Source of the DNA: Azolla caroliniana
Lineage: Eukaryota; Plantae; Polypodiophyta
Reading direction: 5' to 3'
Length of the DNA stretch: 43,881 bases
Assembly (NCBI GenBank): GCA_043228905.1
Contig: JBHGNT010000259.1
Coordinates: 1 to 43,881, forward strand
The notes below the pieces were generated by a model that was given only the letters and a program-made list of their open reading frames with translations, did no database searches and was not told where the DNA came from. Made by a program: the position numbers and the translations under genes. Positions within the stretch are counted from its first letter, which is position 1, and every line of letters begins with the position of its first letter. Below, piece by piece: positions 35,446-43,881 of this stretch.

Positions 35446-38102
35446 AGTATCTGGAATCAGTGTGGACCTAGGTCTCTTCTCCGCATCCGTCTTTGTCTAG
35501 GCTCACTGGCCCTTGTTGCATCCTCCTCCGGCTAGGCTAACTCATCATTTTCTTGGATTGGTCTCGGCCGATTTCGTCTTCCTCACCCATTGTGGTTTCA
35601 TCTTTGGCCGCCTCACCGGTCTCATCTTCCCTTTCACACACTTTGGCCTCAGGCCATGTCCTCTCACCACCACCTTCCTTCTCTACGGTCTTATGTTGCC
35701 ACGTCGGCCGAACCGTTGAACTCTTCGGATTCGGTGTGGAGGTACCACTTCGTCCGCACTTCATTGCATCGTCGATTCTCGTTCTCCCGCCACCACCTTC
35801 CATATCTCTGATCTCACGTCGTCTCTCGAGCCCGATTGCCGAAGTCTCCGGATCCAGTGTGAGGAGACACCTAGGAACGTCCTTCGTTTCTCCGCCTCGA
35901 TGCCACCTTCCCTCTCTCCAGTCTCACATTGCCACGTCGGCCGAACCGCCCAAGTCTCCAGAAACGGTATGGAGGGATCTCTCCGTCCGACCTCCAACTA
36001 GTCCTTGTCCTCATCATGGGCATTCCCTCGATCTATCTAGTGTCACGTCGGCTCTCGGGCCTGACTGCCGAAGTCTTTGAATATGGTGTGGGGAATGATA
36101 TCATGACTTCGCCCTCCGACGGCTCGTCCATGGCCACCGACTCCTCAATGGTGTTGTCAGTAGCTATTTCTTCTTCGATCGCGCAAGCCTCGCCTGGGCT
36201 TCCTTCTCCAAAACTGTGCCCAAAACCATCAGTCTCTTTCCGAATCCGACCTCTTCCTCGGTCAGTCTTCCTCCACAAGTCCAGAGGGCGTCTTGCTCCA
36301 CACCCGCTCCCGTGGTACCGTGGTACCATCCTCTGGCCTCCACATCGTTTTCAAGAAAACACCTCGGTCTCCATCCTCCAACTCCTTCGTATCCTTCCTT
36401 TCGGCCTTAACTTTCAACTTCTAGCTCTCGTATGCGTGATTTACCAAGGCTTCTATGTCCAGCACCGACGAACCTTCCCGCTTTCAAGATTACTTGGTAA
36501 GGCCATTCGCACCATCGGCATCCTCGAGTATGACTCTGATGGCCTCCATTCCCTTCGATTGGTCTCCTTCGGAAATCATGAAGGCCTCCTCCACCCCCAC
36601 CAATGTTTGAGTCCGCCCCGACAGTATAGCAAACGATTCTCAACCACTAGGAACCACACGTATAGCGCTTTGGTGGGTGCTTGTCGATGACTTGTGCCAG
36701 CTCCATTCCTTCGATCCCTCATGCCCGTGCATCTTTTGTACCATTTGCCAAACACCCTAGCCTCATTGCTTCTTATACTTCCCCTTGATCGAACCCGGCA
36801 TCGTAGGCTTTAAAATTTTTGGGACTCCGTCCCCGGTTAACTAGTTGACTTCTTCGATCGCGCTCTCAACGGCTTCTGAGCTGTTTCTCGTCATCCCTTA
36901 TCCACGCTTGTCCATCATCGCCTTCGACCTTGCCTTTACCACGAAGTCCTCTCCATCCACCTCCATCCTCCCTTTCCGCCTTTCACGTTGGGTTCACCAA
37001 AGATGTCGCGGAAATCCACGTGCAGGTGTCAGATCAAGCGGGATCACCGGAATCACGGACAGGGGGGAGATGGATACCGGAATGCATTTTCCTCTAGGGC
37101 CGGTTACACCGGTTGTGGCCCCAACTGGGACGATCCTGGATGCGAGCCGGAAGAAACCGAACCGGATAGATATGGATGCATTCTAGAAGCAACCGGATTG
37201 AAGATAGGGAGAGCACACGCACACACGCTGGGTCTCACATGTACAAAGAAGGGAAGACCAGAAATCATGCGGCCCGACTGGGACCTGGTATATCCAAGAC
37301 AACGAGTCTCTGGACTGAAAAGAGGAGACACGCTGCGACTAAGAACGACTCAACACACACACACATCACAAGCACATCTGGACAGAACGAAAACCCAAAG
37401 ACATCAACACAAACCTATGCACACCAAAGTTTTCTCATGTGTATTTATAAGGGAGACAAGATACAATGCCGATTTCAGGCCGGTCCAATACCAAACAGAT
37501 ACAACAACCGTCTACAAGCAAGCTCCAATCGGGGAGCACTCAGGCTCGCCTACTCAAGTGGAAGCCTTGCGCTGAAGACAGGCCTTCTTACCGAACCACA
37601 CCAGTTGTTTGCTGCCAAGCCGCCAGTCAGGGAGCACTCGGGCTCGCCTACGCGAGTGGGGTCTTGCACAGGAGACAGAACTACGAACGGAAACCCTCAG
37701 AGCACAAGAACTCAAAACCATGCAACCCTAACAGAAGGGAAACAATGCACCCTAGTATATGAACTAACAAGACTCCACTCAAAAGAGAAACCCAACCCAA
37801 CGACCACGATGAAGAAGACCCCAAATGAAACCCTAAAGTAGAAACCCTAAGGAAAATAGGAAGAAGAGAAAATTACCAAACCCTAGATCCAAGTGGTATA
37901 CCCTCCTAACTCAAAATGGGCAACCCCTTCACAAAAGATCCCTCCCTCCTCTTATAGTCAAGGAGGGAAGGACGCTACAATGTGGGATTAATATCCCCTA
38001 TTTTTTAAATACATTTCCTAATGTACATGTGCATATGTTGCACATCAGCGACTTTGCCCATTCGATCCAGTTTTCTCACAGTAGCCGGAAATCTTTACGA
38101 CA
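35446..38102 (-). mobile_element. G4 Gypsy-lineage 5' end: LTR 37004-38102, tRNA-Trp PBS, decayed gag-like region
   Basis: Minus strand TGTCGTA...CGCGACA, then TCTT, then TGGTGAACCCAACGTGAA; inserted in Copia gag. Confidence 0.8.
36982..36999 (-). promoter_or_regulatory. PBS for tRNA-Trp
   Basis: 17/18 match to the complement of the plant tRNA-Trp(CCA) 3' end as recalled (TGGTGAACCCGACGTGAA). Confidence 0.8.
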
Positions 38103-41100
38103 ACAGAAGATTTCCGCGGCCAGCACAACCACAAGAAAGCTTCAACTCCGCCAAGAGGTGAATAATATCCAACAAAGGGATATGTCGATCACAACCTACA
38201 CCTTGAAGATCAAGGAGTTTTGTGACTCGCTTGGCTCAATAAGCATCAATGTGGACGATGATGAGATGGTTCAAATATGCCTCAATGGCCTTGCACCACA
38301 GTTTGGCGTGATGAGGACCACCATACTAGCATGGGAGAATCATCCCTCTTTCTTCGATCTTCAATCCATGTTGTTGGTTGAAGCATAGTACGAACCATAC
38401 GTACCATATGTGCATTCGCATTCGTGAATGTTTCAATCATTCGCGTAAGGAAAACACCCTCAAAGAATGATAAATACCATACTTTTGGATTAACTATTTA
38501 TTATGAGGTAAATAAGCCAAAAAAATGGAAAAAAACAAAAAAATAACATTTAAAAAATGGGAAAAAAACAAAACATAACTGTACAAGAATGTTTAAATAA
38601 CATTCACATTCGGTTTCCAACATAGGAAAATAAATGTTATGCTAGACAAACACGAATTTTACGTACTATGGGTTGAAGAAAACCATGTTCGAACAAGGAG
38701 CAATGCCTCGGAATGCCACATGCTCTACACGCATTTGAAGGGAGGAAGAGGATGTGGCCGAGCGAGAGGCCGATTCGGCCAAGGACGAGGCCCGAATTAC
38801 GAAAACAACTCACAATTTCGGCGGCAATACGAAAGCCATCGAGGAACCTTCAGAAGAAGAGGGAGCTTCCATTCTGGTCCGAGCCAACAAACCTCAATCA
38901 AATGCATACATGGAAAAATCAGCCATCCCAAAGAAGAGTGCCGAAAGAAGAAGCGTGAGTCGGCTTCCACAAGCCGACAACTCACCAATTACGCCACCAA
39001 CTCCGACTATGACAATCGTGACGGAATGTTCGCGATGAGACATAGAGAAAATTCTATGGTGGCTTCAACTTCGAATGGTGCTGCTATTTCAGAAGATATA
39101 TGGTTCATCGACTCCAGTGCCTCGAACCATATGATGCCTCATCAAGAATGGTTCTGAGATCTTCGAGAGTTGGACCAACCTGGCTATGTTGAAACCGGAG
39201 ACGACACTACTCATTTGATTCGGCACATTGGTAATGTTGTATTCGGCAAAGAAGGTAACCAAACTTATATTAAGAATGTCTTGCATGTACCAACCATTAT
39301 GAAGAATTTGGTCTGCATTGGCCAAATTATTGAACAAGGGATGCAAGTTCAGTTTAATCAAGGCAGTTGCTTCATTGAGAAAGAGGGTTGATTCATCGCT
39401 CGCCTAACGAAGAGAGGACCGAATGTTCATTCTCGACTTGCACGAGATGAAATTGACCATGTTTTCAAAAGGCACCAAAGCCGACACAGACATAGAGTTG
39501 TGGCACAAGAGGATTGTCCACATCAACCTCCAAAAGCTCAAGGCAATGCAATCGAAAGGAGTCGTCCTTAGACTCTCCACTTTCAAAGAGAAAGAGATTG
39601 AAGGCATATGCCTGCTAATTCGGCAAGCAACATCGACACCCGTTTCCGAAGGAGAGGAACGTGAGCAAAGTCATACTCGACGTAATTCATTCCGATGTAT
39701 AGGGACCAGCTCAAACGGCTGCATTCGGCGGATGCCGATACTACGTGGGCTTCATCAACGACTTCTCCAGGCACATCTAGATCTACCCCATGCGGCAAAA
39801 GAACGAAGTGTTCGGACACCTCAAAAAAATTCAAGAGTGGAGTCGAGAAGGAAACAGGTCAACATGTACGATGGATTTGGTCTAATGGAGGAAAAGAGTA
39901 CCTCTCCAACGAATTTTCAGCATTTCTTCGGAAAGCCGGACTTCGGCGAGAGTTTTCTTGTCTACATACGCCACAATATAATGGAGTAGCCAAACGAAAG
40001 AATCAGCACATCCTCGAAGTAACATGGGCCATGCTTCACGAGAAGCACATGGCGAAGTCGTATTGGGCAGAAGCCGCCAACATAGCTGTCTACCTAATGA
40101 ACCGGTGTACAACATTCGGCGTGCATGAGGTTAACCTACACGAGAAGTTTTCCAAAAAGATGCTTGATCTATCACATGTTTGAATATTCGGCCCCATTGC
40201 ATATGTGCACATCCCTGATGAGAAGCGACAAAAGCTTGACTCGAAGTCGGAGAAATGTATCCTCATAGGATAGTCACTGGTCAAAAGGGGTACAAGTGTT
40301 ATAACCCCTTGACTTGGAAGGTTCATGTGAGTCCAGATGTAGTCTTCGACGAATCGACATCATGGTACGAACCCGAGCCGACTCCTCCCGAATCATTTCC
40401 AGTCAACTTGGAATCCGTTGAACAAGAAATAGAAGATGGAGATAGACTCGAACACATGTTTAAAGAATGTTCGATTACAACAAGGCTAAGTGGGCCTCAA
40501 GATCCCCCGAGTGACCAAAGCACATCTTGGCCTAGTCCGAAGATGGACAAAGGCAAGGCGAAGATGCCGGATTATGAAGACGATCAATTCGATGGAAACG
40601 AATCGACTCACTCCCTCGACAATGAGTTCGGTGGCTTCAATGTACTTATCATGAGGACACCTGGCGTAAAGAAATCCATTGCCACGGCCAATGAAAAACA
40701 ATGTCCCTCCACTTGTGAGAAGAATCTTGTTAGCCGATTTGGCTACAACGATTATATGGCATATCACTATGCCTTTATGATAAAGGTGGTGACAGTTTGA
40801 GAACCGGAAAGTTTTTCGGAAGCAGCCAAGGATCCATGATGGGTCGAAGCAATGAACGAGGAGATGCAGGAACTATGCAAGAACGAGACATGGGATCTCG
40901 TCCCCAACTCACCGCAGAAGAAGGCAATCTCCTGCAGATGGATTTACAAAGTGAAGTATGATGTTGACGGCTCCGTAAACCGCTACAAAGCTTGACTTGT
41001 GGCGAATGGATACACACAAACACATGGAGTCGACTATGGAAAGACCTTTGCCTTGGTGGCAAAGATGAGGACTGTGCGGACCGTAATTGCACTTGTAGCG

Positions 41101-42376
41101 ACGAAAGGGTGCCACCTCCACTATATGGACGTCAAGAACGCCTTTCATCAAGGTGAATTAGAAGAGGAGGTATACATGGTACAACCACCCGACTTCGAAT
41201 CTAGCATTTATCCAAAAGTTGTCTACCAACTCAAGAAGCCTCTCTACAGCCTTAAGCAAGCACCACGTGCTTGGCGTTCGAAGATAACGCACTATCTTCA
41301 TCAAATCGGCTTTCGAATGTCGAAATCTGACGACTCCCTCTATGTACGAAACGACTCTAGAAGCCTAATTTTCATCATCCTATACGTGGATGATCTGGTT
41401 ATTGGAGGTGAGCATTTAGTTGACATCAACAAGGTGAAGTCCCTCCTCTCCAAAAAATTTGAGATAACGGATGTGAAGGAGCTCCATTACTTCATTGGCA
41501 TTGACATAATTCAGACTCCGGCCGGCATTATGATCTCTCAACGGCACTACATCCTCAACTTCTTATACAAGTTCAGGATGACTGAGTGCAAATTTGTGGC
41601 AACCCCTCTCGATGGAAACCTCAAAATGGATGTTGACTCCAACACAAAAGAGTGTAAGCCGACTCAATATCGACAACTGATTGGGAGCCTCATCTATCTC
41701 ACGGTCACTCGACCTGACCTCAGCCTCCTTAGCCAATTCATGCAAACTCTGCAGGATATTCATTTCGATTGTGCTAAGCGAGTGTTACGATACGTGAGTG
41801 AAATGATGGACTATGGAATTCTCTACACATCGGCCACACCAATTCGACTCGAAGTCTACACAAATGCCGATTGGGCCGGCTATAGAGCTGATCGATGATG
41901 GACCTCTGGATTTGTCTTCCCACTCGGCATGAGCAATATCGTGGAGTAGTAAGAAGCAGCCTACAGTCGCACTTTCGAGCATTGAGGCCGAATACAGGGG
42001 CGCAACCGTGGTTGTATGTGAAGTGCTATGGGTCAAGAGGATTTTGAAGGATCTTAGTGTTCCCATCAAGGATCCAACTCCCCTTTATTGCAACAACATG
42101 CATAGTATTTATTTGCCTCGGAACCTAGTGTTCCACGCACGCACAAAGCATATCGAAGTGCACTATCACTTCATTCGAGAGCATGTACAAGCCAAACATG
42201 TCAACCTTCAACACATCAACACGAATCTTCATACAACCGACATCTTCACCAAGGCCCTAGGAGCCGACAAGCTTTGGCAATTCATGTCAAACCTTGGATT
42301 GACAGTCCCTGACTTGCCAAGCTTGAGGGGGAGTACAAGAGAGAACCGGACACCGTCTAAACCTGGTACCAACTAA
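38103..42376 (+). pseudogene. gag-pol: Copia (Bryco-like) gag-pol, decayed
   Basis: RKLQLRQE, WFIDSSASNHM, SNGGKEY, MDVKNAF, ILYVDDL, FHARTKHIEVHYHFIRE, SLRGS. Confidence 0.92.
38384..38670. mobile_element. 287-bp MITE with an 8-bp TSD (hAT- or P-like)
   Basis: TIR CATAGTACG...CGTACTATG (15/19 when extended); TSD GGTTGAAG at 38376-38383 and 38671-38678; removal restores LLVEENH. Confidence 0.93.
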
Positions 42377-42502
42377 AGCGGACACCGGAGATTGTTTGAA
42401 TCGGATATGAGCCAAAGCAAACACTGGAGATCCTCCTGATCGGATATCAGCCGAAGCGGACATCAACCGAAAGGAACTGACCCGAGTTGAGCTTGCGGGG
42501 TG

Positions 42503-42963
42503 TGTTGAGAATCAAGCTTAACCTAGTGCAACATGTGAACACACCGTTTGATAATCTATGATCACTCAAGGTCAAGAGTCACACCACTACTCTCTACACA
42601 TTAACTATGTGTCATAGAATCATATTCTATGACACATAACTAATGTGTTCCATATTCCCCATGACTATGAGTCTTCGCATTCCCCAAGAGAGAGTAGTTG
42701 TTGTAGTGAGTTAATGAAGAGAGAGGGTGAGCTTATATAAATCAACCTCCTCCTACTTCCTATTGTGTTGGTTGTGACTCCTTGTAATGCTACATTTTTG
42801 CATCTCATATTCTCCTTGTGAATATACATCTTTTTCTTTTTGAGTATTTCAATTCTCTGGCTTATCTATCTTGTGTTTCTCTTTTCTCATCTCTTTTCTC
42901 TCACACATACACACATAACTCATATCTCTTCCGCTACACAAGAATCATATCAGATTCTTTACA
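42503..42963 (+). repeat. Bryco-like Copia 3' LTR
   Basis: TGTTGAGAATC...GATTCTTTACA after a G-rich PPT. Confidence 0.82.
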
Positions 42964-43881
42964 AACCTTAAAACTAGGTCCCAAGAGTTAGTTTAACTGC
43001 CAACTAACTTAGGGTAACTGCCCTTTCCACTATTTACTGAAATAGCCTAAACCTAGTGTGTCCAATGGGAGAGTGTGAATATTGACCTGTATTCAACATT
43101 CCCCAGTAATGGGTGCATATTACAAAATCTGTAATGAAAGAGAATAAACAAAGTTACAAATTTATACAAAGTTGTTAGACAAATCGACTTTGTTCGAATT
43201 GCAAAATTTGGGACCAGAAGGCCGGGTTGACTAGAGCAAGAGAAGATGAAACCTAATATTGAACTATCAATGTTGCGTGTCCGAAAATATCCTGAATCTT
43301 CGACTCAATTCGACTAATTTTCCATTACGCCCATTTCTTCCTCTAGGGACCGGAATCGATCAGCCGAAAGACACTTGGTCATCCCATCTAAAATGATGCA
43401 GTCCTGAATGAAGTGATACCTCACATCTTTATGCTTCAAGGAATTGTGCTTGACCGGATTTCTTGATAGAGCGACAACACCCTGACTGTCACTATAGACA
43501 ACTAGAGTCGAGTCGAAGTCGACTTGGGGAAACATGTGCACTAGCCGGCTGAGCCATAAGGCTTCTTTCCCCACATCAGACACAACTACATATTCGGCCT
43601 CGGTTGTTGATGTAGCAGTGCACTCTTGAAGTTTTGACTTCCATGAGATTGCTGCATTTCCGAATTTAAAGCAATATTTGGTTGTCGATTTTTGACTATC
43701 CACACAGTCGACAAAGTCCAAGTCAGTATAATTGACTACGCCTGAAGACTTTATCGTTCGGGCTAAATAGAATGCCATAGTCTTTTGTGCCCACCAAGTA
43801 TCTGAACACATGCTTTACTATGTTCCAATGCAATAGTCCAGGATTGTGCATAAATCGGCTGACGACTCCTATGACACGAGC
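42964..43881 (-). pseudogene. Copia RT C-terminus/RNase H (43314-43881) with a probable 3' LTR stub (42964-43098)
   Basis: GVVSRFMHNPG, AISWKSKLQ, STTEAEY, KHKDVRYHFI; GGGGAA followed by TGTTGAA. Confidence 0.82.

Noticed and set aside
35513-37841. Long plus-strand ORFs (175-253 aa) as genes
   Set aside because: They are antisense to a decayed gag region or lie inside an LTR, are low complexity and show no recognisable domains.
36999-38107. Solo LTR with TSD AAAGA/ACAGA
   Set aside because: The left side is a PBS plus internal region and the right side is Copia gag; the similarity is coincidental.

Overview
Eukaryotic, gene-poor, deeply nested transposon stack. It is probably heterochromatin of a non-seed land plant; a moss-like host is inferred only from the TE types. 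It contains: (i) seven insertions of one non-chromoviral Ty3/Gypsy lineage (TGTCG...CGACA LTRs, a shared U5 motif, a tRNA-Trp PBS); (ii) two Tcn1/Tf1-type chromovirus copies; (iii) a very young Tnt1/Tork-like Copia with apparently identical LTRs plus a related solo LTR; (iv) four decayed Copia remnants; (v) a MITE with an 8-bp TSD and a DDE transposase fragment; (vi) a CACTA-like end carrying a decayed multi-exon RING-like gene whose intron holds a palindromic minisatellite. No intact host gene was recognised. The most novel signals concern the Gypsy lineage. It appears to insert at CpG-centred 4-bp targets (NCGN), and it has a conserved -1 frameshift cassette (G_GAU_UUU, stem-loop, possible pseudoknot) between protease and RT. 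Separately, the chromovirus LTRs carry an antisense tRNA-like A/B-box module. All boundaries and alignments were made by eye.
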